From positions 97,464,001 through 97,528,000 of the forward strand of contig NC_043003.1 in assembly GCF_006345805.1 (NCBI RefSeq): a stretch of 64,000 nucleotides of DNA, read 5' to 3'. Positions 1 to 12,630 of this stretch are shown here, one piece after another. The position numbers and the translations under genes are program-made. Position 1 is the first letter of the stretch; every line of letters starts with the position of its first letter. The DNA comes from Octopus sinensis (taxonomy: Eukaryota). The notes beneath the pieces were generated by a model. It made no database searches, was not told where the DNA came from, and saw nothing but the letters and a program-made list of their open reading frames with translations.

Positions 1-867
1 TTTGTTTTACAATTCTTTCATGCAAATATCCAGTCATATCTCAAGTGCTGTGATTTGAATAAATCCTTTACAATCACTGAATGATTCTGTGTTGTTCCTT
101 TTGGGTTCATCACCCTAAATGGTATCACCCTTTGCATTTCATACAGTTGAAGAAGGAATCTCTTTATCCCCATTACAAATGCATCAAGAGTTTCTTGTTT
201 CCATCACAGCATTTTTTATTTTTTTTATAAATTTCATGATTTTAGTATTTAGATATATTTAGACCTGCAGAAATCCTACTTAATTCAAAATTTGCATCTT
301 GGGACTCGAAAATCTTAATTAATTGCTTTTTGAGTATGTGAAAAGGCGTCTTTGATCTTTTAAGAATGAAAGAATAAGCAGGAGCTTCCATTGTGAAATT
401 TTCAACTTTTTAATAATGCTTGAATTAATTCAAAAGTTTTAAGAAAGAGTTGCAGAAAGACTGAAAACAGTGAACATGCTCATCAACATGCAAATTAAAT
501 GAACAAAGACTCAGATGCAATGTGATAATTAAATTTTTTACTTTTACAGTTTAAGAAAAGCATCATAAAAACAGATTTTGTTAAGAGAAGTATTACTATA
601 TATCTATATTTGTTACCAAATGACATTTAAAAATTTATCTAAAACAAGTCTCAATTTAAATTACCTTAGTCACATATACTTTACATAAAATATACTTAAG
701 AAATGTTCCTACATTTTTTATGAAGAAAATTAAAGTTTATAAAAAAATTGTTCAACTATAAAAATCAAACTGGTAAAGACAGCTCAGAACTCTGAGTTTC
801 ATATTGGAGATGACAACAGATCAGGGCAAACATGAAGATACATTGTGCTGTGCAGGCCTTTTTTAAA

Positions 868-1110
868 ATCATCATCATTTAACATTTGTTGCCCATGCTG
901 GCATAGGTTAGACAGTTTGACCAGGGGTGGCAAGCTGGAAGGCTGCATCAGACACCAGTCTGATTTGGCATGAATTCTACAGCAGGATGCCCTTCCTAAT
1001 GCCAACCAATCCAAGAGGAACATTTGTGTGACACTAGTATCTGCCACAACTGCGATTTTGCTTGGTTTGATGGGACTTCTTCTCAAGCACAGCATAATGC
1101 CAAAGGTCTG
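868..1110 (-). mobile_element. RTE-LINE 3' tail / tail-sharing SINE fragment ((ATG)n-tailed family)
   Basis: Reverse complement of the GGAAGGGCATCC...AACCCATGCCAGCATGG...(GAT)n tail that follows the RTE ORF at 27780-28140 and recurs many times in the window. Confidence 0.7.
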
Positions 1111-1119
1111 TCATTGCCT

Positions 1120-1365
1120 CCATGAAGCCACTTGCTTGAAAAGTACTCACCTGCATGAGGCCCAACACGCGAAAGGAACTCACCTGCGTGAGGCCCAATG
1201 CTTGAAAGGAGCTTGCCTGCGTGAGGCTCAATGCTCGAAAGGAACTCACCTGCATGAGGCCCAATGCTCGAAAGGAACTCGCCTGCGTGAGGCCCAACGC
1301 TCGAAAGGAACTCACCTGCGTGAGGCCCAACGCTTGAAAGGAACTCGTCTCCTTGAGACCCAAAA
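1120..1365. repeat. 33-bp minisatellite, about 7 copies (GAAAGGAACTCACCTGCGTGAGGCCCAATGCTC)
   Basis: Directly visible tandem units; they generate the 11-aa periodic ORFs 1028..1414, 1034..1417 and 1083..1391. Confidence 0.9.
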
Positions 1366-1489
1366 CTCGACAGGTCCTCTTTATATGCCACCAGCGCAAG
1401 TGCCAGTTACATGACACCAGCCTCAGCCACGACTATAATTTCACTTGGCTTGATGGGTCTTCTCAAGCACAGCAAAGGTCTCAGTTGCT

Positions 1490-3240
1490 AGTTACTGTCA
1501 TACCTCGTCCCATGTCTTCCTGGGTCTACCTCTACCACAGGTTCTTTCCAAGGCTAGGGATCGGCACTTCTTTACATAGCTGTCTTCGTCCAGACACATC
1601 ACATGACCATACCAGTGAAGTTGTCTCTCTTGCACACCACATCTGATACCTCTTATGCCTAAGTTTTCTCTCAAGATGTTTACATTGTCGAAAAATGTAC
1701 ACTGACATTGCACAGTCAGTGAAGCATACTAGCTTCATTTCTTTCAAGCCTACGCATGTCCTTGGCTGTTACAGCTCATGTTTCACTGCAATGTAGCATA
1801 GCTGTTCGCACACAGGTATCATACAATCTGCCTTTCACTCTGAGAGAGGACCTTTGTTGCCAGCATTGGCAAGAGCTCTCTGAACTTTGCCCAGCCTAAT
1901 CTTATTCTCACAGCTACGCTCTTGGAGTATCCACTTCCACTACTAACTTGGTTGCTTAGATAATGGAAGCTATCTACTACCTGTAGCTTACCCCACTGGC
2001 AGTTGATGGAGTCTATTTTCTGCACACTTTCAGCATTTATTGTACCTGTGCATCTTCCATACACAAAAGCGATTTTCCCTGTTAGCCTTCCTCTGATATT
2101 GCTGCACCTTTTTTGTCCAAAGCTTACACAGGATGCATCTTATAGAGTTTCTACCTAAGCTTTTTCTACAGATCAAGCAGGGTCATCTACCTGAAGGGAT
2201 TTGTGATTTGTCTACCTTCCTACTTACTAAAACTTGGGTTTCTGCTAGGTTAACTCTAAGGCCCTTCAAATCTACATCTTGCTTCCAAACTTAGTATTTC
2301 TTTTCTAGTTCTGGTAGTCATTCAGCTGTAAGAGCAAAGTCATCAGCACAGAGGAGCTCCCGGGGGCAACCTGATTTAAATTCCTCTGCTATTGCCTGGA
2401 GGACTATGATGAACAAGAGGGGGCTGAAGACTGATCTTTAGTAAACCCCTACTTGTACCCTAAATTCTTCGCTGTACTCATTACCAACCCTCATCTTACT
2501 GATAGTGTCCCTGTACAAGGCTTGTACATCTTTCACCAATTATTCGTCTATCCCTAGTTTCTGCATTGACCACCAGATAATGAATAAGGGGACCCTGTGA
2601 AAGGCTTTCGCCAAGTCAACAAAAACCAAATACAGAGGTTTATCTTTGGCCAGGTATTTCTCCTGCAGCTGCCTTACCAGAAATATAGCAGCAGTGGCAC
2701 AAAACTAAACTGCATCTCATCTAGACTCTCTCCCTAATTAATTGGGTTATGACTCTCTCCGTAACTTTCATCACCTGATCCAACAAATAGATACCTCTGT
2801 AATTATTTCTATCTAAGGCATCACCTTTACCTTTGTAGCATTTGACTATGGTGCTGCTACACAAGTCATTGGGTATAACTCCTTTGAGAATCACCTGATT
2901 TACAATACAGGTGACTAGACCATAACCCACACTGCCAGATATTTTAAGCATCTCAGTGGTGATTCCTGATGAGCTGGGGCTTTCCCTGTCTTCATATCCT
3001 TAATTGCTTCATCTACAAGGGTACTGTCGATTCAGGTAGATGGTCCCTGAATTGGGTCAACATTTGGCAGACTCTCCTCCTCCTATTCATTCTCTACATT
3101 CAGCAGTCTTTCATAATGGCATCTCCAAGCCTCTTTATAGAATCATTAAATGCAAGTGCACCATCATCCATACAGACACATTTCTCTTCTATGACATCAC
3201 AATTGTCTCTCACACACTGTCTTGCAATCCCCACATCAAT
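1490..3240 (-). mobile_element. Degenerate RTE-clade LINE, RT and C-terminal region
   Basis: Minus-strand pieces: YKGKGDALDRNNYRGIYLL, ELLCADD (YADD-like, about 2335-2360), VVDSFHYL, LHWYGHV, GRGRPRKTWDEV; many stops and frameshifts. Confidence 0.88.
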
Positions 3241-3454
3241 GAACATAGGCAAACTCCTTGCACAAATAAAAGCTGAAGGTTATATTGACACACATAAATT
3301 AACATTTGTCTCAACTATCAAACTATGATGGCCTCATGCCATCTATAATGAGAAATTATAGATATTCTAACCAACAGAATTATTCTCATGTTAGGATACA
3401 TTAAATATCACACCAGAATATACATAAGATACAGAAAAGAATGCATGCAAGAAG

Positions 3455-3487
<33 letters not shown>

Positions 3488-3844
3488 TATATATAAACAC
3501 AAAGTCAGGAGGTTTGAGAGTTTAGTATACATTTATTTAACCAAGTGTCTTCCAATACATATACTTAGTAAGATGAAATATTTTCTGTCAGGGTGTGTGT
3601 ATTTCATTTAAAACAATAATTGTACAATTATAAAATACCCGATTTAGAACTAACATGTTTCCCAGCTACTTGTTCACAATAAATGAACAATAAGTTTTCC
3701 CCTGTCTAGAAATTTCCAAAATGGAATACATAAGAGAATTCTGAAAGAATGCTTTATTAAAATTTGAAATTTAGTAAGTTAAATGTCTCTAATGTAGATA
3801 CATTTGTGTCTATATAAAATATAGATTAGTGTTGTAATCACACC

Positions 3845-4075
3845 TATTTCTTTATTACCCACAAGGGGCTAAACACAGAGGGGACAAACAAGGACAGACA
3901 AAGGTATTAAGTCGATTACATCGACCCCAGTGCGTAACTGGTACTTAATTTATCGACCCCGAAAGGATGAAAGGCAAAGTCGACCTCGGCGGAATTTGAA
4001 CTCACAACGTAATGCAGACGAAATACCGCTAAGCATTTCGCCCGGCGTGCTAACGTTTCTGCCAGCTCGCCGCCT
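3845..4075 (-). mobile_element. tRNA-derived SINE (family B, GGCGGCGAGCTGGCAG head) with 21-bp TSD
   Basis: GATTAGTGTTGTAATCACACC duplicated at 3824-3844 and 4076-4096; B-box-like GAGTTCAAATTCC; near-identical copies at 18179, 22239, 44739 and 45549. Confidence 0.92.
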
Positions 4076-4382
4076 GATTAGTGTTGTAATCACACCGTTA
4101 CATCTTCTTCGTGAGAGTAAACCTATGGTTTGATATATTTCTTTCTGAGAAAGCATATGTGATGTAGTTACTCTTCTATATGAAAAACATATTTGTATTC
4201 AACATATGATTTAACACTGGAAGGAGTGTCATGGCTCTTCACCTATAACTGTCTAATTAAATAACATTCTAAAGTGAAGGATTTAACATCAATATCAGTG
4301 GTATGGCTTCTCTGCTGTCTGTTAAGCTACCTTTATTTTCAGAGAATGATTTACCACAGGTATCACAGTGACATGGCTTTTC

Positions 4383-5816
4383 TCATTTATGGAAGTGTTT
4401 TGCATGAATGCACTGGTGTCTATTTAAGCTACATATCACAGAGAATGATTTACCACAGATATCACAGAGATATGGCTTATCTCCTGTGTGGATACGTTTG
4501 TGAGTGGTTAAATCCCCACTTTGAGAGAATGATTTACCACAGATGTCACAGTGATATGGCTTTTCTCCTGTGTGAATGCGTTTATGAGTAGTTAAGTGGC
4601 TATCTATAGAGAATGATTTACCACAGATATCACAGTGGTATGGTCTTTCTCCTGTATGAATGCGTCTGTGCTTCGTTAAGGTACCTTTTTCAGAGAATGA
4701 TTTACCACAGATATCACAAAGATATGGCTTCTCTCCTGTATGAATACGTTTGTGAGTAGTTAAGTCACCGTTTTGAGAGAAAGATTTACCACAGATATCA
4801 CAGTTATATGGCTTTTGCCCTGTATGGATACATTTGTGCCTAGTTAAACTACCTTTATCAGAAAAGGATTTAGCACAGATGTCACATAGATATGGCTGTT
4901 CTCCTGTATGAATGCGTTTATGTGTAGTTAAATCACCACTTTGAGAGAATGATTTACCACAAATATCACAGTGGTACGGCTTCTCTCCTGTATGAATACG
5001 TTTGTGAGTAGTTAAGTGACTATTTAAAGTGAATGATTTACCACAGATATCACACTGATATGGTTTCTCTCCAGTATGAATACGTTTGTGTTTGGTTAAA
5101 CTACATGCTACAGAGAATGATTTCCCACAGATATCACAGTGATATGGCTTCTCTCCTGTATGAACACGTATGTGAGTAGTTAGGTGATTTGTTTGAGAGA
5201 ATGATCTACCACAGATCTCGCACTGATATGGTTTCTCCCCTGAATGAATGCGCTTGTGAATAGTTAAGTAATTAGCTATGGAGAACGATTTATCACAGAT
5301 ATCACAGTAATATGGCTTCTCTCCTGTATGAATACGTTTGTGATTAGTTAAGTTACTATCTATAGAGAATGATTTACCACAGATATCACAGTGATATGGT
5401 TTCTCTCCTGTATGAATACGTTTGTGAGTGGTTAAATTATTTGCTTGAGAGAATGATTTTCCACAGATATCACAGTGATATGGTCTCTCTCCTGTATAAT
5501 TGTGTGTAGTGAAAGAACTTCTTTGAGAAAGTGATTTACCACAGGGATATGGTTTATCTCCTGTATGAATGCGTTTGTGAGTTTTTAAAACACTACTCTG
5601 AGAGAATGATTTGCCACAAATATCACAGTGGTATGGTTTCTCTCCCGTATGAATACGCTTGTGTCTAGTTAGATTACTTTTTTTAGAGAAAGACTTTTTA
5701 CACATATCACAGTAGAATGTTGTTTTCCGTATCGCTTTCGGTCTTTCACCCGGAAAATCAATCCTTTTACACTGTGTTTTATATTTAACTTGATTTTCAC
5801 ATAATTCATTCTCCAT
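4383..5816 (-). CDS. Tandem C2H2 (Kruppel-type) zinc-finger protein, 477 aa, 15 intact fingers plus 1 degenerate, no KRAB/SCAN/BTB domain
   Basis: Intact ORF of repeated YxCxxCGKSFSxxxxLxxHxRIH with TGEKP linkers; about 34-aa N-terminal leader MENELCEN; single coding exon. Confidence 0.95.
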   Translation of the reverse strand: MENELCENQVKYKTQCKRIDFPGERPKAIRKTTFYCDMCKKSFSKKSNLTRHKRIHTGEKPYHCDICGKSFSQSSVLKTHKRIHTGDKPYPCGKSLSQRSSFTTHNYTGERPYHCDICGKSFSQANNLTTHKRIHTGEKPYHCDICGKSFSIDSNLTNHKRIHTGEKPYYCDICDKSFSIANYLTIHKRIHSGEKPYQCEICGRSFSQTNHLTTHIRVHTGEKPYHCDICGKSFSVACSLTKHKRIHTGEKPYQCDICGKSFTLNSHLTTHKRIHTGEKPYHCDICGKSFSQSGDLTTHKRIHTGEQPYLCDICAKSFSDKGSLTRHKCIHTGQKPYNCDICGKSFSQNGDLTTHKRIHTGEKPYLCDICGKSFSEKGTLTKHRRIHTGERPYHCDICGKSFSIDSHLTTHKRIHTGEKPYHCDICGKSFSQSGDLTTHKRIHTGDKPYLCDICGKSFSVICSLNRHQCIHAKHFHK

Positions 5817-6283
5817 AATTTTCTGTTGAATACAATAACAAATATATTTCTTGTGTTAGGGTTTAATATTTGAAACCTAACAAGTATTTCTTCAGTTATA
5901 TTTCAATAAACAACGATCCCTGTGAATATCTGTTAAATACTTCAAAGTAATAACCACATATTTGCAATAATTATTCCTAGAAGAAACTTGTCTTCTAATA
6001 AGAAATAAAATCTTTCTGAGGATATATCGGTATAAAATTTCTTACTGAAAATTCTATTACAACCTCATGGTAAATTTGTCCATGTTCCTTGTGCAAGTTC
6101 CAGACAGTGAAGTAGAAAAATGTTGCTATTAATCTCAGTCCAGAGGAAATATTTCACAGTTGTTCGACAATAGATTTATGTAAACAAGGTTTTATTTTCT
6201 GGATAACATCTTAGAAAGATGATAAATGTTGTTGGTGCGTTTTTGAAGAAAAACATTAGTTTATGTTGATACCATCCAATAAT
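5817..6283 (-). other. Putative 5' UTR part of the ZNF coding exon
   Basis: Minus-strand acceptor CTGTTTCTGTTTCAG ends at 6284, upstream of the ATG; non-repetitive sequence. Confidence 0.45.
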
Positions 6284-6928
6284 CTGAAACAGAAACAGTA
6301 TAAGATAGTGAAGATACTTAAAAAGTAAAGATTTAACAGCAAAATTTTACTATACTCTCAAAGTGACAAACTATAGAAATAAACTTTTACCTGAGCAACT
6401 CAACTTTATTTTCTAATTTATTAAAATTATATCATACAAACTTGTGTGAAGTTTTCATATTTACAAACCAGAAATACATCTTGAGATTGTGTACTATGGT
6501 ATACATTAAGTCAAAATATAGTAAAGCATAAAATGCTTCCACCAGAGATGTTCTTAATTGCTCATTAGCAGGCCTATGATCAAAAGCATCCCAATTGTGA
6601 CCATCCCACCTTTTATTTAGATGTACATCTAGAGCTACCATTATCCAATGTATTCTTCCTTTGTGCAGTGTAATTTCAGAGATTTGATAGTCAGTTTTAC
6701 CAAGGCAAGCTACCACATAATGGTTTCCTCAATTGTCTTCAAAAGTGTAACAAATTTTCAGCACTAGTTTATTTTACACCTCTCTTAATTAATTTTCTTT
6801 TCATCTGGCACCTAACAATTTAATTATTTTTTTTTTTTACTCTCTTCTTTTACTTTCTGCCTACCTTCAATAACCACAGAATCCCTTGCTGTTTGCTCAA
6901 CCTACTAAAAGTAACAGCTAAATGTCCC

Positions 6929-7152
6929 TTAACCCTTTTGTTACTGTATTTTGAGATGCTCTGTGTTTCTTTCAATTACTTTAAATAAAACAAAGAATCT
7001 AGTAAAATAACTTAGTTATCATTCAGCCAGTGTTAGGAAGATAAATTGTGACTAAGGTTTAGTGGAAGATTTTAATTCAAAACTTATGAAAACAAGATAT
7101 TTGTATTCAGAGCCAAAGCCAGTTTCAGTCAGGTTGGTAACAAAAGGGTTAA
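6929..7152. mobile_element. piggyBac-like MITE
   Basis: TTAA-CCCTTTTGTTAC...GTAACAAAAGGG-TTAA: TIRs with TTAA TSD; inverted homologous copy at 49094-49323. Confidence 0.85.
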
Positions 7153-9229
7153 ATGGTAAAGAACTAAATCACTTTTTCCCCTTTTATTTCTTGCTTATAA
7201 AATGGAAACAAAGAATTTTGATGAACTTTTAAAAGTTGTTTTTACTCAAAACTTAGATAATCTTCAAGTCACACACTAATTTTACTTTCTAAGCCTTTGG
7301 TTGGTATCAGTTTATTTAGCAGCTACCAAAGTATCTTTTCTTACGATGGACAACTTATTTATCATAGAAGGTATTTTTGGAGGTCAATTAACCATTTCAC
7401 TTTGTGTTATGACAGATTTGGCTGCAATTTCTAACCTGCTGCATGATCTTATAAAAGCTCAATTGCAAGGTTAAAAGAAAAATAATTATTCAATTTATAT
7501 ATTAATATTTTTTTCTACAAGTTCCAGTATAAATGAAAAAAAATGGCATTGGAGAGGCGATGCATACCCTGCATGAAGATAAATTTTTTGGCAAATTATA
7601 AGTGTGGCTTACAATTCACTTCTTACTCATGCTTTTTAATTGAACTGAATTAAGCTTTGTAAGTGTTTGACTAAAAGAGGATTAGAAGCCTAAGAACAGT
7701 GAATTTAAGAAATCAACACATAAATAAATGAAACCCTCAAATCTATCACTGTACACATACACACAGAGTCGCATATCTATGCATGAATTCATGTATGTTT
7801 GTAGATAAACAAATCAAATTTTCACAATTTCAAGCCACTCATCCAATGAGTATTTCTGCCAAATTTGGTGGAAATCCGTTCAGCCGTTTTCCAGTAGTAA
7901 CGACCTTGCTCGAATGTTTTTTTCACATGCCACCAGCACAAGTGCCAGCAAGGTAACGCAGGTAACGATCACACTCGAATGGTGTTTTTTATATGCCACT
8001 TGCACAGAGGCCAGCTTGTTGCTCTGGCAACGATCACGCTTGTATGGTACTCTTAGCACTCCACTAGAATGGATACCGGTCATCGAATTTGATTTCGATT
8101 TCACTTGCCTCAACAGGTCTTCGCAAGCATAAAAGATAAAAGATGAAATAAAAGGGGAGAAAGCGAAAGCAGGTGAGGGTAGGTAGGTAAATTAAAATTT
8201 TGCAAGATTAAGGGGGGGGGGGGCAAAATGGTAATCTCTGGTGTTGAAAACATAGGAATCTCAACAAAAATTTTGGAAGAAACTGAAGAGAAGTGGGCTG
8301 CAGGGTTGACATTATCCATTGTTCATTTTTGTATTGTCTTAAGATGGAATATACATTTGAGTGATATTGCTGTTGGTCAAACCATTCCCACTTTCACAAA
8401 AAAGAAAAATCTTTCATCTGACCTTCCATAATTAATTTTATTGCTGGTCTCTTCTGCTGGTACATTTTTTCTGAAACTTTCAGCTTTCAATTCAGCCAAT
8501 CTTTATCTTTCGGTTTAATTATGAAAGCTAGTTCTTAGCTATCCTCTACTGACACTAGTTGTTACTTCAATGGCTATTTAACTACAGCAAATTGCTGGTC
8601 CAGAAATAGGTGCATCTAACCAAGAAAATTATCTGCTTTTCTTAAATGATGACCCAATAACAATACACCTTAACTGCAAGCTAGTGTAAAAACTCAAGGA
8701 TTGCAAATCAAAATATACCTGCTTCTCTGCAAACTTTGCTCAAGCACCTCATACAACCTCTCATAACTTTTCTATTTCTTGGAATTTTCTGAAAATTCTG
8801 CGAATTTATGTTCTACACACAGGAATTCATACAAGTATACAAAAACCAAGACAAATTTTGTGTGTGTGATTTAAGGGCTATTTACTTGTTATTTTTAGCA
8901 CTCATGACCACCTGATACCCTCCTCGTTTCTTAGTCACTCTGACATTGATGTTTTTCAACATCTTTCTTCCCATAAACACATTCAATGGTCAATTACTAG
9001 GATTTAAGCAAAAAAAGTTGGGACTGACCGCATTTTAAACTTTAATTAAAAAAAAAACATTCGAAAAATTCCCGTGTGTAAAACACAAAGAATCAAAATA
9101 TTGTTGAAAATACGAAAAACAGTTACAAGGGGTTATATATGGGGTGCTTAAAATCTTTTAATTAATGTTGTAATTAAATACTTTTAAGCTACCTAAATGT
9201 TTTCTTTTCCTTTCTCATTATACACAAGG

Positions 9230-9597
9230 CACAGGCATGGCTGTAGGATTAGGAAGTTCGCTTCACACCCACATAGTTTCGGTTTCAGTCCCACTGCACA
9301 GCACCTTAGGCAAGTGTCTTCTCCTATAACACCAGTCCGACTAATGCGTAGACTGAATTTGTTAGACGGAAACTGCGAATGCCTGACGTATAGGTTAACT
9401 TGTAAGGGGTGTGTGTTGTCTCCGCCCCCACCACTTGACAACGGGTATTGGTTTGTTTGCGTTCTCATAACTTAGCGGTTCAGCAAAAGACATTGATAAA
9501 ATAACTAACATTTTTTTTTAAAGTAGTGGAAACGATTTGATAAACTAAACCTACAAGGCGGTGCCCCAGTTTGGCCGCAGTTCTGTAACTGAAACAA
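9230..9597 (+). mobile_element. tRNA-derived SINE (family A), diverged copy
   Basis: GGCACAGGCATGGCTGT head, CAGTCCCACTGC, tail GGCCGCAG..ACTGAAAC; homologous to the 57858 copy. Confidence 0.75.
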
Positions 9598-9886
9598 AAC
9601 GGCGGAGTAAAACAAACAAACGGCTTAAAAATGAACTCAAGTATTGCACTTCTACATCATTCCAACTTAGAATCGAAGATTTTAATTATGCTTCTAATTA
9701 AATACTAGTAAATTACTTAAATATTCATATTTTTCTCTCAAAATTTGGGTTTCGTTTCGATATTTCAAGTAACCATTGTTCATTTTTATACAATCCACAT
9801 TTTTCTTGAAAATACGCCGCTGCTCTACAAATTTACCCAGCTTTATATTAATAATTTTAAAATATCGAATTATATTTAATACTTAC

Positions 9887-10600
9887 ACATCAATGTAGAT
9901 TGAAGATGAATTAGTTTCAGTAAAAAAAAAAGTCTTCATTCCGGTTAAACTTGATAGATATCCACGAGAAAGAATAACAGTTTAAACAAATTCCAGTTCT
10001 TTTAATTCATTTCTTACGACAAAATCGCAAAGAAGACAATAAAATCAAAGTCTTTTGTCAGATAATTTACACAAATCCTTCTAAAGGATGACAAGAATAC
10101 AACATAACAATTCTGCAGAGACGATGTGGAGAAATAATTAGGTTCGAACGATATATTAAAATGTGCTTCTTCAAAGATATTCTTCTGTTATAATTCCATT
10201 TGTATCTTGGATGTCTTGGAGGAAATACGCTAGTCTTTTACGTACGCCTTCTTTCCACTATTCAGTTTAACTACCTATGATGTCTTTAAGGGAGGAGTGA
10301 ATCGTCCATGGACTCCATGGGTCTGCAATTATGCCATACCACGATCAGCTAATTTGGTTTGCGTTGTTGTTTGGAACAACTATTTAGCGTAAAATTTAAA
10401 ATGCTTTTCTTTCTTTTTCGATGTCGATGTTTACTGTTCTATTATAAACTACCAAATAGCCAAGTTTTTATCTTTTTCCAAAGAATTATTTCAAACAAAT
10501 AATGGCGACGAAGAATTTCTTACGTGGAGCTTCCGATGCCAGAATGACGTTTGTTTCTTTCTTAATCGTTAACCGGAAGAAAGCAAAAGGAAGTGACAAT
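9887..10600 (-). promoter_or_regulatory. Candidate first non-coding exon and promoter of the ZNF gene
   Basis: Minus-strand GTAAGT donor at 9886-9881; CpG-richer unique DNA; ETS-like ACCGGAAG (10572) and AGGAAGTG (10588), YY1-like AATGGCG (10501). Confidence 0.35.
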
Positions 10601-10839
10601 ACAAGCAATGATACATAAATACTCTCTGTATGACAGACGGATAGATTTCTTTATTGGCCACGCAGGGCCGAACGCAGAAGGAACAAAATACAAAGTTGAG
10701 CTTTTCTTTTTCGGAAGAAGAGAACGAAAAAATATAAAAAAAGCAATGGGTCGAATTCTGATCAAAAGGGATCGTGAAAAAAAAAGCGGGGACGATCAAT
10801 AGGGATCGTGTATCAACAGAAATGTCATTGTGAAAAGGG

Positions 10840-10871
<32 letters not shown>

Positions 10872-10974
10872 GGATAGATGGATGGATGGATGGATGGATG
10901 GGTGGGTGGGTGGGTGGGTAGGTAGGTAGGCAGGCAGGCAGGGAGGCAGATAGCTAGATGGGTAGGTAGGTAGG

Positions 10975-11013
<39 letters not shown>

Positions 11014-11082
11014 ATAGATAGGTAGGTAGGTAGGCAGGCAGGCAGACAGATAGCTAGATGGGTAGGTAGATAGGTAGGTAGG

Positions 11083-11165
<83 letters not shown>

Positions 11166-11345
11166 GTAGGTAGATAGATAGATAGATGGGTAGGTAGGTA
11201 GGTAGATAGATAGCTAGATGGGTAGGTTGATAGATAGATAGATGGGTAGGTAGGTAGATAGATAGATAGATAGATGGGTAGGTATGTAGATAGATAGATA
11301 GATAGGTAAATGGGTAGGTAGGTAGGTAGACAGATAGATAGGTAT
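10840..11345. repeat. Compound (GATA)n/(GGAT)n/(GGTA)n/(GGCA)n microsatellite
   Basis: Directly visible. Confidence 0.95.
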
Positions 11346-11669
11346 AGAAATGAGTGGGTTTGTTTTGTGTTACAACTTTCGTTTGTCACCTATGTGTCAA
11401 AACATGCAGTCAACTGAAAGGTCATGGACGGAAAATCAGAAATCTCATTGACAAACAAGGAAGCACGGAGAGAGTGCAATCATTAGTGAAGATGAAGCAA
11501 TGACCATATATATTCTACATTATTTTAACTCTCCTCACCCACTTTTGTAATTTAAAAAAATTTTTTTTTTTTTTTTTTTTTTTTCAGATTTACATTTTTT
11601 TATAACATTGGAAATTTGAATGATACAAAAATTATATCTTTTACAAATTAAGTTATTTGGTGGAAAAAT

Positions 11670-12630
11670 GGGATCACACTCGTATGGTGCTCTTTGCACC
11701 CCGCTAGCACGGATGCCAGTCATCGAAATGATTTTGATTTTGATTTTGATTTCACTTGCCACAACAGGTCTTCGCAAGCAAAGTTTAATGACCAAAGAAG
11801 GAAAAGCTACACATAAGCAGGCTGGTTATGCTCCTAGCAAAGGCCATGGGTTATGGTTTCATCTGGCTTGCCGGGTCTTCTCGAGCACAGCATATTTCCA
11901 AAGGTCTCGGTCGCTAGTCATTTCCTTGGTGATGCCTAATGTTCGAAGGTCGTGCTTCACCACTTCATCCCAGGTCTTCCTGGGTCTACCTCTTCCACAG
12001 GTTCCTTCAACCGCTAGGGTGTGGCACTTTTTCACACAGCTATCCTCATCCATTCTCACCACATGACCATACCAACACAGTCGTCTCTCTTGCACACCAC
12101 ATCTAATGCTTCTTAGGTCCAACTCTTCTCTCAAGGTACTTACACTCTGTTGAGTATGCACACTGACATAACACATCCATCGGATCATACTGGCTTCATT
12201 CCTTGCGAGCTTACGCATATCCTCAGCAGTCACAGCCCATGTTTCACTGCTGTGTAGCATTGCTGTTCATACACATGCATCATACAGTCTACCTTTTACT
12301 CTGAGCGAGAGGCCCTTTGTCACCAGCAGAGGTAAGAGCTCTCTGAACTTTGCCCAAGCTATTCTTATTCTAGCAGCTACACTTTCAGTGCACCCTCCTC
12401 AGCTACTGATTTGGTCACCTAGATAACGGAAGCTATCAACTACTTCTAGTTTTTCTCCCTGGAATGTGGCGGAAGTTGGTCTCTGCGCATTTTCAGTGTT
12501 TATCGCTCCCGAGCATCTGCCACATACAAAAACTATCTTCCCAGTTAGCCTTCCTTTGATATTACTGCACCTCTTATGTGCCCATAGCTTACACTGGGTA
12601 CATCTTATAGAGTTTCTACCAACACTTCTA
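11670..12630 (-). mobile_element. 5'-truncated RTE LINE (ORF C-terminus plus 3' UTR)
   Basis: ORFs 11859..12260 and 12399..12689: SIRCTQCKLWAHKRC, VVDSFRYLG, WYGHV, GRGRPRKTWDEV; same family as 1490 and 27160 copies. Confidence 0.9.

Noticed and set aside
1120-1365. CRISPR-like array
   Set aside because: Units are contiguous with no unique spacers; eukaryotic context; no cas genes
1028-1417. Repetitive 102-128 aa ORFs as a repeat-protein gene
   Set aside because: By-product of a 33-bp minisatellite inside a retroelement; open on both strands
4274-4591. Plus-strand ORF with RMIYHR repeats
   Set aside because: Antisense shadow of the zinc-finger repeats
11054-11389. YLSI-repeat ORF
   Set aside because: Translation of the (GATA)n microsatellite
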